A stretch of DNA of 64,000 bases, taken from a virus. The notes beneath the pieces were generated by a model that saw nothing but the letters and a program-made list of their open reading frames with translations, was not told the DNA's origin and made no database searches. Shown here in pieces: positions 1-9,363 of this stretch. The number at the start of each line of letters is the position of its first letter. The first letter of the stretch is position 1. The stretch spans positions 32,001 to 96,000 of IMG/VR virus record IMGVR_UViG_3300032214_000986; one strand, 5' to 3'. Made by a program: the position numbers and the translations under genes.

Positions 1-2
1 AT

Positions 3-224
3 GTTGAGGCATATTATAGAATATATGTTAGAGAAGGTGCGAATACTGAAGTACAGGTGCAAGATTGGACCAGAATTAATAAAACGTTTGACGGTTATTA
101 TTTTATGTTTGACACTACAGATAAAATACCTAATGAATATTTTATAGACATTAAAGTAAATTCAGATAGAAATATCGACACATATAAAAAGGAATTACAA
201 TTCCAAATAGTAAATAAAAAGTAA
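3..224 (+). CDS. 3' end of a hypothetical phage protein (partial, runs off the window start)
   Basis: Frame is open from position 3 to TAA at 222-224: VEAYYRIYVREGANTEVQVQDW...ELQFQIVNKK*. Not in the ORF track. Confidence 0.7.
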   Translation, partial: VEAYYRIYVREGANTEVQVQDWTRINKTFDGYYFMFDTTDKIPNEYFIDIKVNSDRNIDTYKKELQFQIVNKK

Positions 225-226
225 TC

Positions 227-688
227 ATGGATAATTTAAGTTTAATCATTAGAAAAGTATTAAAAGAAGAACATATGGAGATGAAGAGATATATGTTCTT
301 TTCAAATTTACAACAAATAAGAAGACAGGCAGACCTTTTATTAGACCTTGACCATTCACAAATTGAAGAAATATTGGAAAAGGGTCATGATTGGGCTGAT
401 GACCACATTACCGTTTCTAAAGAAAATTTAGACCAAGTTTTTGATTTTTTAATGAATGAAACAAAAAAAGAAGGTATGGAACTTTCTATGAATATCGATG
501 ATAAAGATATGATGGAGGAAGGTCGTAAAAAATCAGGTACAAAATTATGTGCTAGAGGTAAGGCCGCCGCTAAATCAAAATTTGATGTATACCCAAGCGC
601 ATATGCTAATGGTTACGCAGTACAAGTTTGTAAAGGCACAAAACCTGGTTTAGATGGTAAGAAACATTGTTCAGGTGCCTATTGTTAA
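227..688 (+). CDS. Hypothetical virion-associated protein with a C-terminal KFDVYPSAYANG motif (DUF5872-like)
   Basis: 153 aa; leader IIRKVLKE; basic C-terminal motif AAKSKFDVYPSAYANGYAV. Confidence 0.6.
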   Translation: MDNLSLIIRKVLKEEHMEMKRYMFFSNLQQIRRQADLLLDLDHSQIEEILEKGHDWADDHITVSKENLDQVFDFLMNETKKEGMELSMNIDDKDMMEEGRKKSGTKLCARGKAAAKSKFDVYPSAYANGYAVQVCKGTKPGLDGKKHCSGAYC

Positions 689-1410
689 AGACTTTTTAAA
701 ATATTTTTAATTACAATTTCTAAGGACTCTTTTTGGGTCCTTTTGTTTTTTGGTTTGTATGATGTCATAATTGGTTTTTGTCCTTTACCTGTCTGAGTAT
801 CTTTTTTTTCTGCGTTTCTTTTTTGTTGACATGCTGATTTTTTTTCCGAATCAGACATTTTAGATGCAACCCCTACCGCTCTACATTTTGGGTATCCCTT
901 ACTATCAGCATCAGGCCTTCCACATGGAGGATGTTTACCATCAACTTTTCTACAAATATTAACCCATGGGCCTTTTGGTTGTTTAGACCCCTTAGGTTTC
1001 TTTTTAGTACCAAACCAAACCCCTAAATCCTCATTTAGATTTATCTTATCTAAGTCTACCCACTCTTTAATGGGTACTATCTTAGAATTTTTACCAGGGT
1101 AACGGTTTATGGGGTTCCCATCTCCGTCACTAGAAGTTGCGTTAGGGTGATTTTTAATGTAATTATATATTTTTTTGGCTTTTTTTTCTTCTTTATCTAT
1201 TTGTTTTTTACTTCTTTCCATTTTACCGTCGTAAGAATCATACGCTAAATCAGGACTTTTGTATTTTGAGTCTTCAACCGTAAATGGTGCTAATACGTTT
1301 TTTTCAAAATATCTTTCACCAGGAAGTAAAGGTGCGATATAACTACCTCTCGACCCTGTGCTTGTTGATGTCACCTCATTTAATACTTTTTTTATAATGT
1401 CCTCTATCAT
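685..1410 (-). CDS. Hypothetical protein with a Cys-containing basic domain (DUF5872-like)
   Basis: LGVWFG...WVNIC...PCGR...YPKC...MSDSEKKSA..KR; leader IIKKVLNE. Confidence 0.6.
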   Translation of the reverse strand: MIEDIIKKVLNEVTSTSTGSRGSYIAPLLPGERYFEKNVLAPFTVEDSKYKSPDLAYDSYDGKMERSKKQIDKEEKKAKKIYNYIKNHPNATSSDGDGNPINRYPGKNSKIVPIKEWVDLDKINLNEDLGVWFGTKKKPKGSKQPKGPWVNICRKVDGKHPPCGRPDADSKGYPKCRAVGVASKMSDSEKKSACQQKRNAEKKDTQTGKGQKPIMTSYKPKNKRTQKESLEIVIKNILKSL

Positions 1411-1431
1411 ACTAATAAATATATGGAAAAT

Positions 1432-1460
1432 AAAAAAGGAGACATTTCTGTCTCCTTTTT
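1432..1460 (-). terminator. Rho-independent terminator after the major capsid gene
   Basis: aaaaaaggagaca-tttc-tgtctcc-ttttt hairpin with A/T tracts on both sides. Confidence 0.85.
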
Positions 1461-1480
1461 CTTATTCAGTTTAGAATAGA

Positions 1481-3307
1481 TTATCTCAATTCTCTCAAGT
1501 CAAACGTACGAACTCCATCGACAGTGATTTTACCATAGAAACGGTTGTTAACCATTTTCTTAGCGTATCTTGTCATAATACCTTTGATAGGTGTGAAGTT
1601 GAACGGGTTGTACATTGTAGGTGTTAATTGTAGAGGAACGTACGGTGCGTAAACATATCCTGTATCAAGTAAAGATGTCCCTTTGTGTCCTAACAATACT
1701 GTGTTTGGTGGGAAGTAAGGGTCACGGTATACTTGGTAACGTCCAGCTAATGTACCAACTCTTTCAATACCCATATTGTACTGATCTTGCTCAGGAGACG
1801 CGTTAGATACGTGGAAGTATTCTAAATCATCAAAAATTGCAGAAATCTCAGAAGAAACAACGATCCAGTTAGCTCCACCTCTTAATGTAGATTTGTGGAT
1901 TTGTGCTGAAATTTGGTTGATTGCCGTAATCAACGTTTGGTTCCAATCTTTTTGAGTATACTGAGTTAATGGGTTAGCAGATGTACCTCTTTTCCATCCG
2001 TTGTAATCCCAACGTAATGACCAAGCCGCACCTTTACGTAAGTCACGTAAAATTTCACGGTCGATTTCAGCAGCCACTTGTTCAGATAATAAAGCTGTTA
2101 ATTCAGCCTCAGCATCGATGTTATGGAATGCAGAAACGTCTTGTGCCAATTCAGGAGACCATTGTGCTCTTAATTTTCTTTCAGTAACAGATACTGTAAC
2201 TGACTCAAGGTCGAAAGATACTTCACCGATTTCATCTTCGAATTCCATTTCTTTGTATCTTTTGAAAGTACATGTAAATGCACCACCAGCAGAAGCAAGA
2301 CCTGTGATAGGTAAAGTGAATCCTGAATAACCATCTAAAGAGTTAGCTCCGATAGAAGCAGGTACTTGACAGTCAACTTCTAAATAGATGATACCGTCTT
2401 GAGAACATAAGTTGTCATAAGCTCCACCGTTACCTGTTGAAGACCATGTTGTACTTGTTTGTGTTCCGTACTGTACGATACCTTTACCATATTTTTGAGT
2501 CACAACTCTAAATAATAAGTCACTTGCACCTAAACCTGAGAAACCGTTAGCTCCAGCTTGTACTGCGTTTACTTGTAAATCAGATAAGAACGCCTCGTTG
2601 TCCATTTCTTGACCATCAGGTCCGATTAATTTACCAGCACCTGCGTTAGAGAATCCGGACATACCGATTAATACTTTTCTGTATTCACCAGCTGTGTACG
2701 CTGAAGAAACTAATGCCCCGTTAGACCACGCAACAGTACCTACTGCAGAAGTTGTGATTGCAGTGTAAGCACCTTTAGAGTAATCAAATAAACCAGCTGG
2801 ATCCAATGTAGGCTCATTACCTTCATAGAATAAATCATACAAGTTAGTGTTACCATAAGTAGAAGTACTACCGTAACCTTGTCCTTGTGTAGCTGTAGCA
2901 TCACCAACTAAGTTAGTTGGAGAACCAACTGGTGGGTAATGTTGTACTTGGTTAGCAGCCGCTGCTTGATAACCTTGGATTTTAGGTACGAAGTAGAACA
3001 ATTTACCGATAGGTAAGTTCATAGCTTGTACAGAAACTAAGTCGTTAGCTAATAATTTAGAGAACACACGTCTTACGATAGGGAAAACTACAGTTTCGAA
3101 AGAACCTGAACTATCAGAAGATGCTGCCTCGTTAATCAAATGCGACGCTTGGTTTTCATACAATTGCGCCATATTTTCTTTAATGTGTCCTTTAAGACCA
3201 TCTAGGAACCCTAATTTGTCCCATTTGTTAATTGTGTCTTCTTTGATAACTTTAAGGTGTTTCAACCCGATGTTACCTACAAGACCTGATTCTAATAATG
3301 CTCCCAT
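1481..3307 (-). CDS. gp23: Major capsid protein, T4 gp23-like
   Basis: Motifs LYENQA, VFPIVRR, VSVQAMNLPIGKLFY, RKLRAQWSPELAQD, DAEAELTALLSEQVAAEIDREI, YAPYVPL, FTPIKGIMTRYA. Confidence 0.97.
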   Translation of the reverse strand: MGALLESGLVGNIGLKHLKVIKEDTINKWDKLGFLDGLKGHIKENMAQLYENQASHLINEAASSDSSGSFETVVFPIVRRVFSKLLANDLVSVQAMNLPIGKLFYFVPKIQGYQAAAANQVQHYPPVGSPTNLVGDATATQGQGYGSTSTYGNTNLYDLFYEGNEPTLDPAGLFDYSKGAYTAITTSAVGTVAWSNGALVSSAYTAGEYRKVLIGMSGFSNAGAGKLIGPDGQEMDNEAFLSDLQVNAVQAGANGFSGLGASDLLFRVVTQKYGKGIVQYGTQTSTTWSSTGNGGAYDNLCSQDGIIYLEVDCQVPASIGANSLDGYSGFTLPITGLASAGGAFTCTFKRYKEMEFEDEIGEVSFDLESVTVSVTERKLRAQWSPELAQDVSAFHNIDAEAELTALLSEQVAAEIDREILRDLRKGAAWSLRWDYNGWKRGTSANPLTQYTQKDWNQTLITAINQISAQIHKSTLRGGANWIVVSSEISAIFDDLEYFHVSNASPEQDQYNMGIERVGTLAGRYQVYRDPYFPPNTVLLGHKGTSLLDTGYVYAPYVPLQLTPTMYNPFNFTPIKGIMTRYAKKMVNNRFYGKITVDGVRTFDLRELR

Positions 3308-3343
3308 TTTATTTTTTTTAATTTGAGTTTATTTATTGTTTAT

Positions 3344-4897
3344 TTATTTAATTTTTGTCATCAAATCTCTCATTCTCATGAATTGAGGATTTTCATACGT
3401 TTTACTTTCAATCAAATTAGCGGCAGAACCGTTAGCTGGTGTTCTGTTAACTTTTGTCTGTACAGACTCAGTAACCACCTCACTTGATTTACCATCTATT
3501 TCATTTTTGATTGATTTGTAAAGATTTTTAGATTCCTTGATAGATTCAACTCCGTCGAATCTTCTTAGTATATTTATCTTTTCTTGTTTTGTTGTTGAAT
3601 GTTCAGTGAATAATCTAGTAGCGTAAGCCAAATTTGAATTAAATACTGCAACTTCATTTAATTTAGTTCTAAAGAAATTTAAAGCTTTTTTGTATTCTTC
3701 ATTTTTCTCTTGTAATAAATTCAATTCGTTATTTACAGATTCTTTTCTTAATTGACTTGGTGCAGCAACTCTATCTCTTTCAGCTCTACGTTTGTACGTC
3801 ATAGTTCTTGACGCTTCAGTAGTTTCAGGTTCCATCATTCCTTCAGTAGTTTCAATATCAACCATATCAACATCTTCTTCCATGTCCCATCCTTCGAATG
3901 TTTCTTCCATTTCAGTTTCAGTTACTCCATGTTTAATTTTACCATAATTGAATTTAGGACCTTTACCTTTCTTTTCAGATTTTGTTCCGTCAGCCATATC
4001 TTCTTTAAACCCTTTGTTGTTTACAGTAGATTTAGCAAAACCGTTACCAACTTTACCCATTCCAATTCCAATTGCTTTAAATGCTTCTACGACTGATTCT
4101 AATTCTTGTTGGTCAATTTCATAAACTTGTTCAGTTTCTTCACCACCAAAATTATCAACTTCGATAGAGTCTAAATCAAAAAAGTCTGAATCTTCTTCCA
4201 ATTCATAATCTTTATAATGTCCGTCTACATCTCCAATTTTGTGACCGTCATGTCTTTTATAGTCATGCTCATCTCCACCCCATTCTTCGTTGTTTTCGTA
4301 ACCCTCTTCGATTTCTTCATCTACATTCATCTCCAATTCGTAAATAACACCTTCTTCTAAGTCTGCCATTGGTTCTTCCATGTTATCGTCAACGCCATTC
4401 ATTTGGATAAGATATTCTTCATCGTTTTCAGTATCAGATAAGTGGATATAATCATCCTCTTTTTTTACAATGATACCGTCTTCGTCACCCATAGCTTTGA
4501 AAACTTTCAAAATTTCTTCTGGGCTTGCGGATGTCATATCCAATGGAGGCATCTCCATTTCATTATCACCATCGAACTCAAAGTCATCCATTTCAACTTC
4601 GTTGTCATCAACGTCGTCAACAGATACTTCAGCCTCTGGCTCTTCTTCACCTTCAAAATCACCCATTTCATCTTCTACGCCAACTTCCTCAGGATTTTCA
4701 TCCTCAGGTGCGTCTTGTTCAAAAAGTGTTTTTTTAGATTGTTTCGAACCCACAATAGATTCTTTTATTAATTCACTGATTTCTTCCTTCATCGTCGAAG
4801 CAAGTATTCCTTTTGCATTTTCACTAATAGCGTTTTCAACGGCTTTAATTTGTAATAAAGCGTTTTCAACTATTGATCCTGTTTTTTCTATACTCAT
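3344..4897 (-). CDS. Prohead core/scaffolding protein (gp22-like)
   Basis: Very acidic coiled-coil protein between protease and capsid genes, with many L/I-x-E sites. ATG at 4897 preferred over the track's TTG at 4915. Confidence 0.75.
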   Translation of the reverse strand: MSIEKTGSIVENALLQIKAVENAISENAKGILASTMKEEISELIKESIVGSKQSKKTLFEQDAPEDENPEEVGVEDEMGDFEGEEEPEAEVSVDDVDDNEVEMDDFEFDGDNEMEMPPLDMTSASPEEILKVFKAMGDEDGIIVKKEDDYIHLSDTENDEEYLIQMNGVDDNMEEPMADLEEGVIYELEMNVDEEIEEGYENNEEWGGDEHDYKRHDGHKIGDVDGHYKDYELEEDSDFFDLDSIEVDNFGGEETEQVYEIDQQELESVVEAFKAIGIGMGKVGNGFAKSTVNNKGFKEDMADGTKSEKKGKGPKFNYGKIKHGVTETEMEETFEGWDMEEDVDMVDIETTEGMMEPETTEASRTMTYKRRAERDRVAAPSQLRKESVNNELNLLQEKNEEYKKALNFFRTKLNEVAVFNSNLAYATRLFTEHSTTKQEKINILRRFDGVESIKESKNLYKSIKNEIDGKSSEVVTESVQTKVNRTPANGSAANLIESKTYENPQFMRMRDLMTKIK

Positions 4898-5005
4898 TTG
4901 TTTTGTAAAAAGCAATGCGTTATGCGTTTATTTTACAGATAAATATATACGTTTTTAAAAAAAATCCTTTTTTGGGACAATTAACAGAAAAAAACTTGTA
5001 TAAAT

Positions 5006-5036
5006 AAAAAAAGGGACACCTTTGGTATCCCTTTTT
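5006..5036 (-). terminator. Rho-independent terminator
   Basis: aaaaaaagggacacc-ttt-ggtatccc-ttttt. Confidence 0.8.
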
Positions 5037-5053
5037 ATTAGTATGTTATGTAA

Positions 5054-5263
5054 TTACTCAATAACCTCATCAATCTTACTTTCAACGATTGCAGTGATTC
5101 TCCAATCCATTGTGTAACTTTCATACACTTTAGTAACTTTAGCTTCGACATCGGTTGGTGAAAACCCTCTTACTAATTTTTCTTCTTTAATTTTTTTAAT
5201 TTTTCCTGTGTTCTCGTCAGCCATATCAGTAGTGATTTTAGCTATAAAATATTTTTCATCCAT
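5054..5263 (-). CDS. DUF4494-like small protein
   Basis: YFIAKI...GKIKKIKEEKLVRGFSPTDVEAKV pattern resembles the Bacteroidota DUF4494 N-terminal repeat. Confidence 0.55.
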   Translation of the reverse strand: MDEKYFIAKITTDMADENTGKIKKIKEEKLVRGFSPTDVEAKVTKVYESYTMDWRITAIVESKIDEVIE

Positions 5264-5275
5264 AATTTAAAGTTT

Positions 5276-5983
5276 TTATTTTAAATAATCGGATAATCTT
5301 TTCATTAAGTCAACTGATTTTTCCAATCCACCACCATTAAAAGTGTTTGTGTCATGTTCTGCCAATTTTTCTTCGTACTTAGGTCTGTCCTCTTTATTTA
5401 AATAAAGATACGCACCAGGGGTGGATGGGGAAGAAACCAAATCAAAACAAATTAATTCAAAATCTTCTTGTACTTCATTTTGTTCTCCTCTTTTAACTAA
5501 GGAACCAACACCTCTAGATGATACACCCATAGTAACACCTTGTCTCATTAGATTAGCCGCAACATCACCTTTAGATGAAACCACACCTCTCTCATGGAAA
5601 CCTGGTGTAGTTAACAATTTAATCTTACCCATTAAAACGTTACCTTCCCACCATATATCAGTAATTAAATGTGAAACCCTATCTAAATCTATCAGAGATG
5701 ATTCAGGGTGATTTAATTCTGAAATAGCCATACCACGATTAATAACTTCTTTGTATTTGTCGGCTTCTCTTTTTAATATTTTTTCAGGATATACTCGTCC
5801 GTTTCTATTTGGTACCCCATATTTTTGTAAAGTAGCATAAAACACAAACGGTTTAGAGTGTTCTAATTGACCATATGATTCTTTTATCACGTCGGTGTTT
5901 CTCATATCGTTTGGGTTAATATACCCAGCATCCCATTCTACTAAAATGCCCTTACCACTATCACTTGGTCCTAATATTCTCAT
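5276..5983 (-). CDS. gp21: Prohead core protease, T4 gp21-like
   Basis: NRNGRVYP, ELNHP (catalytic His), VSH, GVSSRGVGS (catalytic Ser), FDLVSSPSTPGA. Confidence 0.95.
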   Translation of the reverse strand: MRILGPSDSGKGILVEWDAGYINPNDMRNTDVIKESYGQLEHSKPFVFYATLQKYGVPNRNGRVYPEKILKREADKYKEVINRGMAISELNHPESSLIDLDRVSHLITDIWWEGNVLMGKIKLLTTPGFHERGVVSSKGDVAANLMRQGVTMGVSSRGVGSLVKRGEQNEVQEDFELICFDLVSSPSTPGAYLYLNKEDRPKYEEKLAEHDTNTFNGGGLEKSVDLMKRLSDYLK

Positions 5984-6004
5984 AATTGTTTTTTAGAATA
6001 AATA

Positions 6005-6454
6005 TTAGCAACTTATCGTTTCTTTAACTTTTGTTTTACTTAGCGTGAAAAACTTAGAATTTTTTAAGTCGTCAAGATATATGGATTTTAAAATGTTTTT
6101 AATTTTTTCTCTTAAAATTAGTGATTTAAAATTGAGATTTTGATTATGAACAAATAAGGTTATTTCTAAATTCATAAAACTTTTTTTGTTCTTTTGAATC
6201 CCACTTGTTCGTAAATCTAAATCGACTATTTGTTTTTTCTCAAAAGAGGTATGGTCGGACACCTCTAAAAGAGTGTGTTGTATTTGTCTTTTTATATGTC
6301 CTGTAATTTTATTCCAATTATCAAAGTCATCTAAAGGTTCGACCCATGTTTGTAATACTATGTATATTGATTTTAAATTTTTAGAGTCGACTGTACCGTA
6401 GTGACATTTTGCATCATCAAAAATGTTTAATTTTGATGTTTTTCCTTTTTTCAT
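6005..6454 (-). CDS. Hypothetical protein
   Basis: 149-aa ORF in the head module. Confidence 0.7.
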   Translation of the reverse strand: MKKGKTSKLNIFDDAKCHYGTVDSKNLKSIYIVLQTWVEPLDDFDNWNKITGHIKRQIQHTLLEVSDHTSFEKKQIVDLDLRTSGIQKNKKSFMNLEITLFVHNQNLNFKSLILREKIKNILKSIYLDDLKNSKFFTLSKTKVKETISC

Positions 6455-6534
6455 TTTTCATTCCTTAAAAGTTTATTCGTTTACCAAAGTATAGTTAAAA
6501 ATAAACTTGTTGTCAAAATTTAAAAAATTCCTTA

Positions 6535-6541
6535 TATTTAT
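6535..6541 (+). promoter_or_regulatory. TATTTAT putative late-promoter element of the bS21 gene
   Basis: TATTTAT 20 nt upstream of ATG 6562; the same coding-strand motif precedes about 24 genes in the window. Confidence 0.65.
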
Positions 6542-6561
6542 ATGTAAAAAAAGAAAAAATT

Positions 6562-6750
6562 ATGATTATAGTCCCAGTTAAAAATCCAAGTTCGATTGAG
6601 CAAGCACTCAAACAATATAAATTTAAAATTTATAAAACAAAACAACTTGAGAAATTAAGGGACCGACAAGAATTTACAAAAAATTCAGTTAAAAAAAGGG
6701 AACAACATAAAAAGGCGGTTTACCTACAAAAAAAGAAATCAGAATTATAA
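6562..6750 (+). CDS. rpsU: Phage-encoded ribosomal protein bS21
   Basis: 62 aa, basic; SIEQALKQYK.K...LRDRQEFTKNSVKKR...KAVY matches Bacteroidota-type bS21; antisense within the head genes. Confidence 0.92.
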   Translation: MIIVPVKNPSSIEQALKQYKFKIYKTKQLEKLRDRQEFTKNSVKKREQHKKAVYLQKKKSEL

Positions 6751-7473
6751 TCCACCATTTAATTTTCTCAACTTATATAAGTTATAATGGTCAATTTTTG
6801 CATTATTAACTTTATTAATCGTATTTTCAATAGCCAAAGATAATTCTTTATCTGTAGATTCGTTAAGATTTGTTTTTAAGTTGTTTAAGATACTTTCCTT
6901 CAAAGACTCAATTTCAGTTTTAACATCTTCAATATTAATTGATAGTAATGACGTTAATTCTTTTCTGTCAGACTCATCTAAGGATTCGATATTTTTAGTT
7001 ATAGAATCATTAGCAGCTCGAACCACTGATGATAACGGTAAATTAAAATTAGCAACTTCTGTTTTAACTTCTTCACTGATTAAGGTATTTTTAATATTTT
7101 TTTTAGATTCTAATACAACTTCTAAATTTCTAATAGAACGATTATAAATAGTTGTATCAATATCAGAATAGTCGTTCTTATGTTCCATAACTACAGAATC
7201 AATCCAATTACTTACTCGACCTAAAGAGTTTTGATTACTCTCGATTAACACTTGGCTGTATTCTACAGATTCATTTAAATAGTCATCGGCGATTGATTTA
7301 TCTAAACCTTTTTTAGATGATAAATCATCGTATATATAATAAAGTTCCGCAACGTCCTTGTTTTCTAAAACCATAGATTTAAATTGTTTCATAAATGATT
7401 TAAATTCTGGTTTTCCATAAAGGTTTACCGTAGCATATTCTATTTTTGTTTTAATTGTACCAAAAGTATTCAT
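6745..7473 (-). CDS. Hypothetical head-module protein
   Basis: 242-aa helical ORF downstream of portal, with its own TATTTAT element at 7487-7493. Confidence 0.7.
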   Translation of the reverse strand: MNTFGTIKTKIEYATVNLYGKPEFKSFMKQFKSMVLENKDVAELYYIYDDLSSKKGLDKSIADDYLNESVEYSQVLIESNQNSLGRVSNWIDSVVMEHKNDYSDIDTTIYNRSIRNLEVVLESKKNIKNTLISEEVKTEVANFNLPLSSVVRAANDSITKNIESLDESDRKELTSLLSINIEDVKTEIESLKESILNNLKTNLNESTDKELSLAIENTINKVNNAKIDHYNLYKLRKLNGGL

Positions 7474-7493
7474 AGTGTTTTATATTATAAATA

Positions 7494-9326
7494 TTACTTA
7501 TCTAATAAAGATTTCAACTTATCGTCTATTTCAACCAAAGAGTTACTACCTTTAGAAAAATCTAACGTATCAGAAGAGTTAAACAACCTATCCTCAACTA
7601 AAAGGTCTAATCCTTTAATATTAAAGTTTTCAGGTGTTACTCCACCCCCTTCAGGTGCCGGTGGTGGTGTTTCCGCCCCTCCACCCATTGGTGCTTCTCC
7701 ACCTGGTGGTGGACCCATTGACTCTCCACCCATCGGTGCTTCACCACCTGCATCTCCACCTTCAGCTGCCGGTTCGCCTTCTTTTTTACCGTACAACAGG
7801 TCAATATTATCAAATAAACCTGTTTTAGTAATAACTTCAGCAGTTTTAGCTAATTCGGCAGAAACGGCTCTTTCTACTCTTTGTTGTTGAATGTCTAATC
7901 TAATCTCTTCATCAGAAAACCCTAATATGTGTTTCTTAGCCCAAGAAGCGGATACAGGTGCAACACTATTAGCTATCTCAGCAACAGCATCTTTATAAAG
8001 TAAAATCTTTTCTTTCCAAAGTTCAATAGAAAGTAATTCTGATTGTTTGGAAGGATTGTGTAAACCTAATGTAAAGTTTGTTAATTCGTCTTCAAAACCT
8101 AAAAGGAATAAATGAACGATTGCTATTTTATTAAGTTCCGCAATCATAGATTTTTGAATTCTATTGATTGTTCGAGCAAAACGAATATCTAATAAAGACA
8201 AATTTTTACCATCACCCACAGCCTCTTCAAATCCCAAATATGCTTTAGGTATTCTTAATGCCGTTACCAATTTCTTTTGGATATATTCAATATCGGCAAT
8301 TTCGGCCAAGTTTGTCCCACCCGGTAATGTTTCTATTGGGTTTGTTGCTGCCGCGTCTCTAACAGGGATAAAGTAATCTTGGTCTACCGCCATTTGATTA
8401 TATCTCATATCAACATTACCTGTTGATGGATCGGCAATTTGGTCTCTTTTAAATTTATTAGCAACTCTTTGTACGTATGGGTCAACATCCTTGTCATCCA
8501 TGTTACCAACAAATACTTTAAATACTCTTCTTTCAGGTGCTCTTGATACTCGATATATTAACATCGCATCTTCAGATAGTAAAAGTTGTTTCCATATACG
8601 ACGTGCTTTCTCTAACATGGATGTACCGTAAGGTAGTTTTCTATCGTCCCCTAATATTCTAAAGTGAGCAATCTCCCATGTGTTAAATTCCATGTTTTTT
8701 TCTTTCCATGTGAACTTCAACGCATCGTTTTCCATTTCTTGTGAATACTTGTCAGGTTGGAATCTCATTCCTTTTTCTAAACGTTCTATTTGAATGTTAG
8801 GTAACTGTTGACAACCTACGATACCTTTTTCAGGGTCTAACTTTAAGTAAACAAAATTATCACCAAATTTACATGTGTTTCTTGTCCACATAGGTAAATT
8901 AGTATTGATGTCTAACTTATTAACAAATAAATCAATTAAAACAGATTTTATCCTTTTTGATTCAGAATAAACTTTTAATATTAAACCGTCTTGGTCAGGT
9001 GTCGTGGATTCTTCAGAATAAATGTCTAATGCTGCCGATATTTCAGGAGTGTACTCCATAGATTCATAATCATAATATGAAGCCATTCTCGTTGGTTCAT
9101 AATAAACCGCCTGTTGGTATAGGTTACTCTCAACCTTTTGCCATTGTTTACCAATGTACATTGTTTGTTGAGCTTGTAATTTTTCTTTTTCAAATTCAGA
9201 CTTATCTGTTGTTTTTAGAAGTTCTTTCTTATCAAATTTGAAAACCGGCGATTGTTGGTCTAATGTGGCATTTGGCCCAAAAGTCCTACTCAATCTTTGC
9301 CATACGGTTAGTTTTTGTTCTGACAT
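7494..9326 (-). CDS. gp20: Portal protein, T4 gp20-like
   Basis: PEISAALDIYSEE, PYGTSMLEKARRIWKQL, EDAMLIYRVSRAPERRVF, QDYFIPVR, IETLPGG, ALRIPKAYL. Confidence 0.96.
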   Translation of the reverse strand: MSEQKLTVWQRLSRTFGPNATLDQQSPVFKFDKKELLKTTDKSEFEKEKLQAQQTMYIGKQWQKVESNLYQQAVYYEPTRMASYYDYESMEYTPEISAALDIYSEESTTPDQDGLILKVYSESKRIKSVLIDLFVNKLDINTNLPMWTRNTCKFGDNFVYLKLDPEKGIVGCQQLPNIQIERLEKGMRFQPDKYSQEMENDALKFTWKEKNMEFNTWEIAHFRILGDDRKLPYGTSMLEKARRIWKQLLLSEDAMLIYRVSRAPERRVFKVFVGNMDDKDVDPYVQRVANKFKRDQIADPSTGNVDMRYNQMAVDQDYFIPVRDAAATNPIETLPGGTNLAEIADIEYIQKKLVTALRIPKAYLGFEEAVGDGKNLSLLDIRFARTINRIQKSMIAELNKIAIVHLFLLGFEDELTNFTLGLHNPSKQSELLSIELWKEKILLYKDAVAEIANSVAPVSASWAKKHILGFSDEEIRLDIQQQRVERAVSAELAKTAEVITKTGLFDNIDLLYGKKEGEPAAEGGDAGGEAPMGGESMGPPPGGEAPMGGGAETPPPAPEGGGVTPENFNIKGLDLLVEDRLFNSSDTLDFSKGSNSLVEIDDKLKSLLDK

Positions 9327-9363
9327 GTGTTTTTATTTTAAAAATAATATGGTAAGCATTAAA

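Noticed and set aside
4442-4958. Short antisense ORFs here and opposite other acidic genes (e.g. 12098-12634)
   Set aside because: Ser/Phe-rich mirror translations of well-supported genes on the other strand.
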